From an uncultured archaeon (GTDB lineage Archaea > Asgardarchaeota > Heimdallarchaeia > Heimdallarchaeales > Kariarchaeaceae), in NCBI GenBank assembly GCA_964645535.1, contig CAZYCQ010000001.1:32001-96000 (forward strand): a stretch of 64,000 nt of DNA, read 5' to 3'. The notes beneath the pieces were generated by a model. That model was not told the DNA's origin. It did not search any database and worked only from the letters and a program-made list of their open reading frames with translations. Below are positions 48,798 to 57,834 of this stretch, piece by piece. Positions within the stretch are counted from its first letter, which is position 1. Each line of letters opens with the position of its first letter. A program made the position numbers and the translations under genes.

Positions 48798-49463
48798 GTG
48801 GATCATTCATCGTTTATGGAACAAGTGCGAAATAAATTAGCGAACAGAAAAGAGAGACTTGTCAATCGTAACAATTTGAATGATCCTAAGGAAGGAGCTG
48901 TTTTGTTTCCTCTCCTTTATGCACCAGATGAGGAAATCCATCTTCTTTTGGTGAAACGTTCAAACCAAATGAGAAATAACCCAGGAGACATGGCATTTCC
49001 AGGGGGTAAACTGGATCTAGGAGAGACACCAATTGAAGGAGCATTAAGAGAAGCCGAAGAGGAAGTGGGAATTAAACCTAACCAAGTCAAAATACTGGGA
49101 ACCATGGATGAATATGTTTCGAGGAATCATACCGTCGTGCGGGCAGTTGTTGGAGCAATTGAAGTCAATCCCTCAGGAAATTTAAGAGAATGGGCAGAGA
49201 GGGTTTTTGCCCCAAAAACAGAAGAAAATTTAGTGACGCTGGTGATTCCACTCTCACACTTTCTGAATCCACAAGTCTATTCTTCTAAAAAATATATTGG
49301 ATCGAATAATCGAGTGGGATATATTCGCTATTTTGATATTTCCGAATATCTCCCAACAGAAAAAGTTTGGGGACTTACCGCCACGATCATCAGAAGGTTT
49401 GCAGATTTATTTTTTGCACACCAGCTACCTGAAGAGCCTTTGACTCAAGGAATCCAATCATAA
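48798..49463 (+). CDS. Nudix hydrolase, CoA pyrophosphatase type
   Basis: PGDMAFPGGK...ALREAEEEVG Nudix box and VWGLTA. Confidence 0.9.
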   Translation: MDHSSFMEQVRNKLANRKERLVNRNNLNDPKEGAVLFPLLYAPDEEIHLLLVKRSNQMRNNPGDMAFPGGKLDLGETPIEGALREAEEEVGIKPNQVKILGTMDEYVSRNHTVVRAVVGAIEVNPSGNLREWAERVFAPKTEENLVTLVIPLSHFLNPQVYSSKKYIGSNNRVGYIRYFDISEYLPTEKVWGLTATIIRRFADLFFAHQLPEEPLTQGIQS

Positions 49464-50494
49464 ATCAATTTTTCACCGGTTTGGATATATTGGAATTTGA
49501 CATCTCTTATTTTAAGCAATAGCTGTTCCTGTTCTTGTTTTTCAGGGATAATTTCATTCAAGAGGGTTTTTCCGCTTATAATGGAGGCAATTCCTGCACT
49601 AGAGAGTGAATAGGAAGAATCTCCTTTTGCGATAGCATTTGGATTTTCCTCACCAGTTAAAAGAAGACGATTGTAGTAATCTGGATGAGCTGAAAGAATA
49701 CTGAACCCATGGTGAGGTCTGAAGGACTCTGGATCTTTAATGACCGTATTGAATGCATCTATGGCGGCCTTATTGGGAAGGAAAATATTCCTTGAGATTA
49801 CCCCCCGTAACATTGCCTGGATGGAATATGCCTCTTCAATAATCGAAAATGGGATCATCGTAATAAGTTCATTTATTGTACTTCCATGAATATCTCCCTC
49901 AAAAATAGGAGGTGCATTCATCAACTTTTCAAAATGATCCATGGGAAGAAGGATCATATTAATTTCCCTTACATTCGTAATGAATTTTCCCTTATCCAAA
50001 CTGAATTCAGTGAAGAGTATGCCAGGCCCTGAGATCATGGCCAATTGAACACCCAATTTGTCCTGAACGATTTCAATTTCATTGTTCAGCATGATAATTG
50101 TATCCTTTCGGATTTCAACAACCGGACGATTCAAATAGAAGCCCAAGGTTTTCTTTTCAAGAAGGGCAGACCAAGATGGAATAATCAGCAAGGAATTGAG
50201 GTTCTTCTTTTCAATTTCTCTTAGACGAGCCAATTTCAGTTCTTTGTCAATTCTTTTGATCTCTTCATCGATCGTGTTTATTATTTCATCTACGTTTGTA
50301 GCAAATTGCCTTTTGGGAAAGCCGAAATCACTCATGAATAAAAGCAGATCACGAATGGAGAATTCGCCAAGATCCATTTCATCGAACCGATCTGTGCTAC
50401 TATAATAATATCGTAACAACTCTAGTAGCCTTTTTGTGCGAAGTGCATCTTGGTATGAATCTGTTTTCTCTATGTCTAACGGGATGACATCCAC
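49445..50494 (-). CDS. Hypothetical soluble protein downstream of the SNARE-like gene
   Basis: 349-aa ORF with an SD-like GGAGG upstream on the minus strand; no family recognised. Confidence 0.6.
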   Translation of the reverse strand: MDVIPLDIEKTDSYQDALRTKRLLELLRYYYSSTDRFDEMDLGEFSIRDLLLFMSDFGFPKRQFATNVDEIINTIDEEIKRIDKELKLARLREIEKKNLNSLLIIPSWSALLEKKTLGFYLNRPVVEIRKDTIIMLNNEIEIVQDKLGVQLAMISGPGILFTEFSLDKGKFITNVREINMILLPMDHFEKLMNAPPIFEGDIHGSTINELITMIPFSIIEEAYSIQAMLRGVISRNIFLPNKAAIDAFNTVIKDPESFRPHHGFSILSAHPDYYNRLLLTGEENPNAIAKGDSSYSLSSAGIASIISGKTLLNEIIPEKQEQEQLLLKIRDVKFQYIQTGEKLIYDWIP

Positions 50495-50555
50495 CTCCTA
50501 TTTATTTTGGTTTCCTTCCTTTTATCATTACCCACAGGGATTAATAGATTTGAAA

Positions 50556-51284
50556 TCACTTCACCATCCCACTAAGCATTACGGTGGAAATCGCAGTGAT
50601 TGCAATCAAGATTATTACCCGATTTCCAGTAATTTTCCTACTTACCTCCTTGATAAGCTTCTGCGCTTTATCCAATTTGCTATCAAGGACATCAACTTTT
50701 TCATCAATTCCCCTGATTATTACACCCTGTTCCTCCAATTGACCTGCCATGTTATCTAGAGAGTTTTTGATCAATCCTATTTGGGCAGTTAATTGGCTCA
50801 TTGCCTCAGCAATATTGCTTTCCATCTGATTCATCCGTTCCTCCACCTTTTTGATGGCTTCATCCTCTTTACCTCCAGCCTCAAGCTTTACTAGATTGAG
50901 ATATGCATCACCTATTTCCTCATAATTTTGACGCGAGGTTCGCAATGCAATATCTAATTTCGCAATTGAATCTTCAAGGGCAGCCAAGGTGGATTTGTTC
51001 CGTCGTATTTTTTTTAGTCTTTCCTCTTCCTGTTTGATTTCAGCCGGCTTGATAAACGAGGGCAGTGTCGATTTCAGCCTCCCAAATCCCCCGCGTTTTT
51101 CCTTGAGTGTTTCCGAATATGATTCATCGAATTCCTCAAATACTTCCTTCATTGACCCAACTATGTCCTTCAATTCCGTCAGTGTTTCTTCGATGAGATC
51201 ATCAGTTGTATCCTTTCGGCTTAGCTTCTCCCCTATTTTTTTAATAAGAGACTTTTTGCTCTTTTTCTTATGGGTAGCACTCAT
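50556..51284 (-). CDS. Tail-anchored Q-SNARE-like (syntaxin-like) protein
   Basis: Helical N-terminus; residues 162-214 form a SNARE heptad with zero-layer Q186 (MAGQLEEQGVIIRGIDEKVD); basic linker; C-terminal TM 223-240 with almost no luminal tail. Confidence 0.75.
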   Translation of the reverse strand: MSATHKKKSKKSLIKKIGEKLSRKDTTDDLIEETLTELKDIVGSMKEVFEEFDESYSETLKEKRGGFGRLKSTLPSFIKPAEIKQEEERLKKIRRNKSTLAALEDSIAKLDIALRTSRQNYEEIGDAYLNLVKLEAGGKEDEAIKKVEERMNQMESNIAEAMSQLTAQIGLIKNSLDNMAGQLEEQGVIIRGIDEKVDVLDSKLDKAQKLIKEVSRKITGNRVIILIAITAISTVMLSGMVK

Positions 51285-51353
51285 CTGATAGATTTAGGAA
51301 GGAACGATAATAAAACGTTCCTAATTTGAACCACGCTTTTTTCCACACTTGCG

Positions 51354-53651
51354 ATGATATTTCACAAGTTATTACTTTGCTACATAGAGTTTTTAATCGT
51401 CTTTTGGGACACTTGTCTTGTGGAATTTCCACCATACCAAAATGATTTTGCATTTAGCCTTCCACATGAAAGGTTTCTTGGAAGTTGTAAAGTCAATGAA
51501 ATAAACTATGACCTTTTATTAATGGAGATTCCAGTCCTAATTCTTTTTTTGAGCTTTTTCCAATTCATTTCTTTGCCTTTCAGAATATTTACTGCAACAA
51601 TTGTTTTTCTGCTCACAACACCTTTTGTATTTAGAAAGTGGCATTTTGAGTTGACAAACAAACGTTTGGTTGTTCGTAGATGGTTTGCTGGACTTGAAAG
51701 ATTTCTTTCTTGGATATCCATTAAACTTTCAATGATTGAAACACTGGAAACATCTCCGAGAATTAAAGCTGGACCGCTCCTACTAGGATATTGGATTCTC
51801 ACATCTTATGCCTTGCCACTGATAGAGTTTGGGTTAAGTGGAGAAATCCCTCTCCCATTTGCCGTCAAGCTTGCTTTTTTTCTTGGATTGTATTCATCGA
51901 CTGTTGAAGGGTATGAGGAAGATTTTACACACATATTCATTGAACCGATTTTTGAAACCTTTGCCGATGTTTCCTTGATGGCAGGGACAGTCATGCTGAT
52001 CATTGGTTTGTTTCTTTTCTTGGCAGGATTGCCATATAGAAAGGAGTTCAGATTGATAACTATTTCTGGACATAGTTTTTCTGTCCGTACGGGTCTTCCA
52101 AATGACTTTTTATTTCTCTTGGATGGAATTATGCGGAAACATCACATACAGGGAGAATTTGAAAATGAAGTTCACTTTCCGAAACTTATTGATGAAGAAC
52201 TGAAAGCCAAAGGCAGATTGGGTCTAATAGATAGAAAGAATCAGTTGATTGGATTACTTTCCCTCATTATGTTTGTTAGAGGGTTCGCAAATCTCTTAAG
52301 CAGGTTACAAAATGCTGATCAAAGAGATGTCATTTTTCTTTTTCTGAATCTAATTGATTTTCTTCTCATTCTATTTTTAATTGTTTTTGCCAAAAGATTT
52401 CAGAAGATATGGGCAACAAACCACAGAATAATTTTTCAGGACGAACGAAGAGGAATATCTGGCCTATGGGGAAGAAGGATTTTCACATATCGTGATCTAC
52501 CGTTTTCACAAATCCAAGGGTTCAAGGTTTCCTATTACTCCGGATTTTCGCCTTACTCATTATATTTTGGAGTGGGAATCCTCTTGGCAATTCAAGCGAT
52601 TGCCACATCACTTGCGGTTAAATTACCTTCCAGCCCACATTTTTTGATCTATTCAGTTGGGGTTATTATTGCCGGTCTGTATCTTCTATTGAATTTCCGG
52701 ACATTTGGTGAGTTGACCCTATTTTCATTGGGTGGAAGAGTACATCGCTTAAGATTCAGAACTCCCTATATTGTATCCAAATTGTCACATAGACTCGAAG
52801 GAAAAGAAGGATTGGCCGAAAAATTCTTTCCAAATCTTTTGAGTGATGCGGAAATTCAGAAAATATGCAATGTAATTAGAGGATACAATGAACCAAAAAG
52901 ACCTTTGACAAAAAGGGAACATTATCTTGATGCATTTAGTTTTATAGGTAAAGATGAAAAAATACTTTTCAGCGTCGAGAAAATAAAACCCCATCCATTT
53001 TATTGGCTTTTTGCGATCGTATTCATTCTATCTGGTGTTACAGTGATTTATGTCTTCATGGTTCTTTTTGAGAAATTTGATTTTCCCAGTGTGGTTGCAT
53101 CAGGAATTCTGATTGCATCAACTTTATTTCTTCTTGTTCGAACTGTTGCATTTGCCATCATTAAAAGAAAATCCCTTATTCTAACTGAAGACCGATTAAT
53201 TGACCAATCTGAAACAAATCCAACCAAGTTGGCCAAATGGCTGGGATATTTGCCAATATGGGAACTTCGAGAAGTCAGAAATGACTTTGTAACTTCAATA
53301 AGACAGCAAATATTGTTTCATAGGTTCAGGCCTAAAGGTATCTTTTCCTTAGTGCTAATCTCCCTCTTTTCGGTCAAGATTGTTGTTCTCCTTGATTATC
53401 CATATTCTTCTTTTGACAGGAATCCTGTTTTTATTGTCCTGATGCTTTCACCATTTTTGTTGATTTCTTCCATCAACCATTTCCTGTTGGCACTTATGGA
53501 AACCATTCCCCGTTATGGACTCAAAATAGAAACACGAAAATTTACATTATCATACTCTCATTTCCCAAAATCAAAGCAGTTCGAACAGATTTTTTATCAA
53601 GCAGTAAGGAATCGAAACACCTACAATCAAATGATTAGGGAGGGACTATGA
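51354..53651 (+). CDS. Polytopic membrane protein with three bacterial-PH-like repeats (start uncertain)
   Basis: Three units of TM pair plus LTNKRLVV..IKLSMIETLE / ATNHRIIF..DLPFSQIQGF / LTEDRLI. Confidence 0.6.
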   Translation: MIFHKLLLCYIEFLIVFWDTCLVEFPPYQNDFAFSLPHERFLGSCKVNEINYDLLLMEIPVLILFLSFFQFISLPFRIFTATIVFLLTTPFVFRKWHFELTNKRLVVRRWFAGLERFLSWISIKLSMIETLETSPRIKAGPLLLGYWILTSYALPLIEFGLSGEIPLPFAVKLAFFLGLYSSTVEGYEEDFTHIFIEPIFETFADVSLMAGTVMLIIGLFLFLAGLPYRKEFRLITISGHSFSVRTGLPNDFLFLLDGIMRKHHIQGEFENEVHFPKLIDEELKAKGRLGLIDRKNQLIGLLSLIMFVRGFANLLSRLQNADQRDVIFLFLNLIDFLLILFLIVFAKRFQKIWATNHRIIFQDERRGISGLWGRRIFTYRDLPFSQIQGFKVSYYSGFSPYSLYFGVGILLAIQAIATSLAVKLPSSPHFLIYSVGVIIAGLYLLLNFRTFGELTLFSLGGRVHRLRFRTPYIVSKLSHRLEGKEGLAEKFFPNLLSDAEIQKICNVIRGYNEPKRPLTKREHYLDAFSFIGKDEKILFSVEKIKPHPFYWLFAIVFILSGVTVIYVFMVLFEKFDFPSVVASGILIASTLFLLVRTVAFAIIKRKSLILTEDRLIDQSETNPTKLAKWLGYLPIWELREVRNDFVTSIRQQILFHRFRPKGIFSLVLISLFSVKIVVLLDYPYSSFDRNPVFIVLMLSPFLLISSINHFLLALMETIPRYGLKIETRKFTLSYSHFPKSKQFEQIFYQAVRNRNTYNQMIREGL

Positions 53652-54604
53652 TCATGAATTGGGATGCCAAGCTAAAAGTGGTAATTTTTGGGAAATACGA
53701 TCTCAAGAGTATTTTTGAAAAGCATAGAATTCCTGGAGAAAGGCTAATCGCAGAACAAGACATCCTATATTATTCTGAAATTCCCCTGTTCCTTGCTTTA
53801 ATTATAGGGATTGTATCTCTTTTCCTCTCTTTGTTGCTGGATCCCATTTTTCTTGTTGGAATACCAATAATAATTCTAATTACGTATTTTTCCATTTCAA
53901 TGGAGTTTGTGTTTCTCACCGACGAAAGGATTCTTATTGAGAGAAGGTATCTGCTGGATAAAATACTATCAACCCGGACAATAATAAACATTGCATTGGA
54001 TCAGATCTCTATTGTAGAGTCAGGAAGAGCGCCTCCTAATTGGCCAGTTTCATTTGTCACTATGGGAACCCTCCTTTTATCTGTCTTTTCAGCCATGATT
54101 ACTTCCAATGTTTTTACCAAGTTAATATGGGGATATGTAGGATTAATTTCAACATTCATCTTGATTTATTCGTTACGACTATTCAGACGAGCAGTTTCAT
54201 TATTTGTTGTTGGAAGTAGACTTCCTATTGTAATTGGTGCAAGAAAAGGGATATCTGTGTATTGGGTGAAGAAACTTCATGAAACATTGTTTGAACGAAT
54301 TCACCACGTAGAACATATTTATTCATCTCACAAGGAACTTGACACCAAAATCAATGAATTCCCGTTGGAACTTCCCCAAAATCTCAAGAAAGTATTGGTC
54401 AATCTTTCACAAAATGTGGAAAAAGAGATATACAAACTACTTTATTTCGAGCCCCGAACAAAGAAAGAATTGTACTCTGAATTAGAAGATTTCGACAATC
54501 ATCTAATTGATAATGGCCTATCCCATCTCTCCAAGGAAGGGATGATTGTATATGACCGGAGCAGAAGAGTCTGGACAATTACTGGAAAGGTCCCAAATTC
54601 ATAG
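53648..54604 (+). CDS. Membrane protein with bPH-like domain and C-terminal winged helix
   Basis: GERLI...LTDERILIE...IALDQISIVE; C-terminal EIYKLLYFEPRTKKEL...LSKEGMIVYD...W. ATGA-coupled to the upstream gene. Confidence 0.6.
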   Translation: MIMNWDAKLKVVIFGKYDLKSIFEKHRIPGERLIAEQDILYYSEIPLFLALIIGIVSLFLSLLLDPIFLVGIPIIILITYFSISMEFVFLTDERILIERRYLLDKILSTRTIINIALDQISIVESGRAPPNWPVSFVTMGTLLLSVFSAMITSNVFTKLIWGYVGLISTFILIYSLRLFRRAVSLFVVGSRLPIVIGARKGISVYWVKKLHETLFERIHHVEHIYSSHKELDTKINEFPLELPQNLKKVLVNLSQNVEKEIYKLLYFEPRTKKELYSELEDFDNHLIDNGLSHLSKEGMIVYDRSRRVWTITGKVPNS

Positions 54605-55652
54605 CCTTCCCAGAGGAGGAAGAGGATTGGAGGGCAGTCAAAACCCTTTGGAGATTGTAGGCATCCACAAAATTCGGGTTCAAGGAGCGTCCCATTTTTA
54701 TTGCTCCTGAAAAATCATAAAGAAGTTTCATAAATGGTCCGACGAGAGGATGGGCACCTTCTATTTTGGGGATGGAGAGACTTTGAGGGATTTCAAGGAC
54801 ATGGGGTTTTTCATCTTCACTTAATCGGGCTCCCCAAAGACGTCCTTGTTCATCAATCCCCAAATATCCTTCGTTCCCAAAAAACTCGATCCGGGTTCCC
54901 CTTCCAAATGGGGAAACTGAGCTGATTTGGACGATTCCGGTTGCACCGTCCCCTATTTCGAAGATACCGGAAAATGAATCATCTGCGGTTACCCTTTTCA
55001 TCTTGCCTGTTTTTTTATTCAATCGTCTTCCAACAAGGGTTGATGGTTTCCCATAGACCCTATCTATTCGGTTGAATACCTGGATGAGCATATCGATATA
55101 ATGTGCACCGACTGAGAAAAGAACCCCTCCTCCTTCGGATCGCTCACTCCACCAATTATATCCTTTGTCTCGGGGATTTAATCTACTTGGATTTCTTAAG
55201 ATAATGGTGAAATCATGAACCTTTCCGATATATCCGGATTTCAATAGCTCAACAAGATATGCACGGTTCGGAATATATCGAAATTCTAAGTTAACCATTC
55301 CCACACTCCCATGTTCCTCAATAGCCAAACGCATTCTTTCAGCGTCTTTAAGAGTTACACTGACAGGTTTTTCGCAAAGTATATGCTTGTTAGCTTCAAC
55401 CGCTGCCAATACCATCTCCAAATGATGTTTGGGTGGAGTTACTATGCTGACGACATCAATGTCAGGATTTTCCATTATTGATCTCCAATCAGTAGACCAA
55501 TTTGGTGCCTTGAGTCGTTTCGCAATAGCCTTGGTTTTGGATGCGTCCTGACCAACGATAACGGCCGGTTCGAAATCCGGATGGTGATAAAAACCCGGAT
55601 AGTGGACAAGGGAACCAAAACCAGTTCCGATTATTCCAACTTTTAAGCCCAT
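54579..55652 (-). CDS. Gfo/Idh/MocA-family oxidoreductase
   Basis: VGIIGTGFG, VTPPKHH, KHILCEKP and GGGVL...HYID. Confidence 0.92.
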   Translation of the reverse strand: MGLKVGIIGTGFGSLVHYPGFYHHPDFEPAVIVGQDASKTKAIAKRLKAPNWSTDWRSIMENPDIDVVSIVTPPKHHLEMVLAAVEANKHILCEKPVSVTLKDAERMRLAIEEHGSVGMVNLEFRYIPNRAYLVELLKSGYIGKVHDFTIILRNPSRLNPRDKGYNWWSERSEGGGVLFSVGAHYIDMLIQVFNRIDRVYGKPSTLVGRRLNKKTGKMKRVTADDSFSGIFEIGDGATGIVQISSVSPFGRGTRIEFFGNEGYLGIDEQGRLWGARLSEDEKPHVLEIPQSLSIPKIEGAHPLVGPFMKLLYDFSGAIKMGRSLNPNFVDAYNLQRVLTALQSSSSSGKAMNLGPFQ

Positions 55653-55793
55653 CCTATCCCAAAGTGAGCTTTGAACTACTTAAACTATATGAACAAAATA
55701 AATTTATACGAGCACTTCTAGTATTAAACTTTTTGGCTTTTCAAAAAAATAGTAAGTCTAATACACTTTTATAGAAAAGCGTTCAACGATTTT

Positions 55794-56978
55794 GTGATGT
55801 TTGAGGGAGGAATCTTCTCAACCGATAGAAACCTGAATTTTGGAGGGACAGTCCATGGTTCAAATGAAACAGAGTCTAAAATCATGGATCAATACAGAAT
55901 TGTTATTGTTGGATACACAAAATCGTTTTCGCAGAATCCAAAGTTGTTCAAGTTCAATGAATGGAAACCCAACATATTCAAGCAATTCAAGAAAATTCTT
56001 TTCATGGGGATTAAGAGGAGGAGAATTAAGACCTCAACCATACCGAAATCCAAGCGAATTAGAATTGAAGGCGGAACAATTGAAATCGATTCAACCATCA
56101 AGGCAGTGAGTTTAGAAATTCATAATTCGAAGATCATGGTCAATAATCACATTAGATCAGCTAGCCTGAAACATCTCGAATTGGTTAATGTAGACATTGA
56201 CTTTGAATTCCCGTTTTTCAATCTCTTCCCCAATGTCCATACATTGCATCTTGACAACATACAAATCTCGAGGAATTCGGGATTAATAGATTTACCCTCT
56301 TTAAAATTCATAGAGATCGTAAATTTAGAATTACCATGGGATCTAAGTTTTCAGCATTTGCCATTGAAAAGATTGACCATGGTCAATTCCAAATCTCAAA
56401 AAATCCCTCCACTCCCAAGGAAAATCAAGACAGTCAGCATTGTGGATTGCAGGGGGTTGATCGTTTCCAAAACCCTCTTGGATAAAAAAATTGCATACCT
56501 TTTATCCAACAGGAATGTCATATATCCATCACACTTATTAAGAATCTCACCAATTTTTGAATCAATCTGCTGGAGTTGGGTCGATTTACCCCAACTAATC
56601 AGATTTCTTGAGTTTCTTTCAGCGAACCTTCAACCTTCTACCAGAAATGGACAAAAAAAACAATTGATCAATTCCATTCATATGATCAGAAGGGATTTAT
56701 TTCTGGTCAAGAACCGAAAACCAAGAAAGGACAGATATCCAAGTTTTGGGGAAATATTTATCCTGCAATCAAAAAATACTCCAGAAAGCCTTACTCTGTA
56801 CCTATTCTATGATTATGATGAAGAAAGTCTTCCTGTTGTCATGATCAAATTCAAGAATATAGAAATGATGGATTTGATCAATCTATTCTATAAGGCAGAC
56901 TTTGTTGAAACAACAGAGCAGTGTTATTGGGAACGTGATTCTCAGGAGAAAACTCTTAAAGCACCATGTCATGAATAA
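55794..56978 (+). CDS. Hypothetical protein with degenerate leucine-rich repeats
   Basis: LKHLEL, FPNVHTLHLDN, LPSLKFIEI, LPLKRLTM and LPRKIKTVSI at ~21-23 aa spacing. Confidence 0.5.
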   Translation: MMFEGGIFSTDRNLNFGGTVHGSNETESKIMDQYRIVIVGYTKSFSQNPKLFKFNEWKPNIFKQFKKILFMGIKRRRIKTSTIPKSKRIRIEGGTIEIDSTIKAVSLEIHNSKIMVNNHIRSASLKHLELVNVDIDFEFPFFNLFPNVHTLHLDNIQISRNSGLIDLPSLKFIEIVNLELPWDLSFQHLPLKRLTMVNSKSQKIPPLPRKIKTVSIVDCRGLIVSKTLLDKKIAYLLSNRNVIYPSHLLRISPIFESICWSWVDLPQLIRFLEFLSANLQPSTRNGQKKQLINSIHMIRRDLFLVKNRKPRKDRYPSFGEIFILQSKNTPESLTLYLFYDYDEESLPVVMIKFKNIEMMDLINLFYKADFVETTEQCYWERDSQEKTLKAPCHE

Positions 56979-56983
56979 CTTAA

Positions 56984-57084
56984 GGGCTTGTGGTGAAGTG
57001 GAATCACACTGGCCTTCGGAGCCAGCGTCCCGGGTTCGAACCAGACTATCTTGCGGGATAGTTGCGGAAGTCCCGGCAAGCCCT
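56984..57084 (+). tRNA. tRNA-Arg(TCG) with a 30-nt intron (57041-57070) in the T-loop, position 59/60
   Basis: GGGCTTG/CAAGCCC acceptor stem; GTGA/TCAC D-stem with A20; CTGGC-CTTCGGA-GCCAG; CCGGG-TTCGAA[intron]T-CCCGG. Junctions form a bulge-helix-bulge. Confidence 0.9.
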
Positions 57085-57219
57085 CTTCCAAGTTTTCATG
57101 GATTTGAGTATGTATCCATAGAATTATTATTGCAAATCATGAAAGTAATTTGGCGATGACGAAAAAACCCCAGAAGGAGCCTTTTGGCGATGAATTCCAC
57201 ACGACAATTCCGAGCCATT

Positions 57220-57834
57220 TCAACTGATATACTTGATTGCCATAAGGGAAAGGACTTCTCCGGCATTCTTGATTTTGGCAATGATGGACTGTGCTCGTTT
57301 ATGCATATTCTCCAATGCTGCAAATTGTTTCCAATCCTGCGATTTTTGGAAGTATTCAGCTTCCAGTTGCATTCCTTTTTCCATCACCTCATCTCGACTG
57401 TTTTCAATCTTTTCAACAAGGTCGATGGCATTGTCGAAACTTGAATAGACCTCTTTTATTGCTTGGGAAAGTGATTCTGATGTTGATCGTATGGTTTCAG
57501 AAATGAATGCACCTCTTTCTGCAAAATCAGTGGGCAGGAATTTCCCATATTCTTTTACAGTCCTTGCTGTCCGTGCATATTCATCAAGGACATCATCAAT
57601 CCGCCTCAAGAGTTTGGCACGGTCAAGAGCAAGATAAGGGACGGACTGCTGTTTGGCGAAATGCTCATTCAAACGATCCCTTATTTTATCTCCCTCTTCC
57701 TCCACTTCAAGTACCCTATCGATTTTTTCCTGAACCGGCTCTGGTTGAAAAATAATTTCTCCGATGATTTGACCAGCAGTCTGAAGTAAGTCTGCGAGTT
57801 TAAAGAATTGTTCCTTTTCTTCTTTTTTGTTCAT
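57220..57834 (-). CDS. DUF47/PhoU-like phosphate transport regulator
   Basis: VEEEGDKIR...DRAKLLRRIDDVLD...IENSRD; ATG at 57834 overlaps the pit stop codon. Confidence 0.85.
   Translation of the reverse strand: MNKKEEKEQFFKLADLLQTAGQIIGEIIFQPEPVQEKIDRVLEVEEEGDKIRDRLNEHFAKQQSVPYLALDRAKLLRRIDDVLDEYARTARTVKEYGKFLPTDFAERGAFISETIRSTSESLSQAIKEVYSSFDNAIDLVEKIENSRDEVMEKGMQLEAEYFQKSQDWKQFAALENMHKRAQSIIAKIKNAGEVLSLMAIKYIS

Noticed and set aside
50556-51284. Alternative reading as ESCRT-III/PspA or a chemoreceptor coiled coil
   Set aside because: ESCRT-III/PspA proteins lack a C-terminal TM helix and no MCP hairpin signature is present; the Q-centred 16-layer register next to a terminal TM fits a SNARE better.
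57041-57070. Insert read as a long variable arm (tRNA-Sec/Ser/Leu-like) or a terminator hairpin
   Set aside because: It lies inside the T-loop, not the variable region, and has exact BHB geometry.
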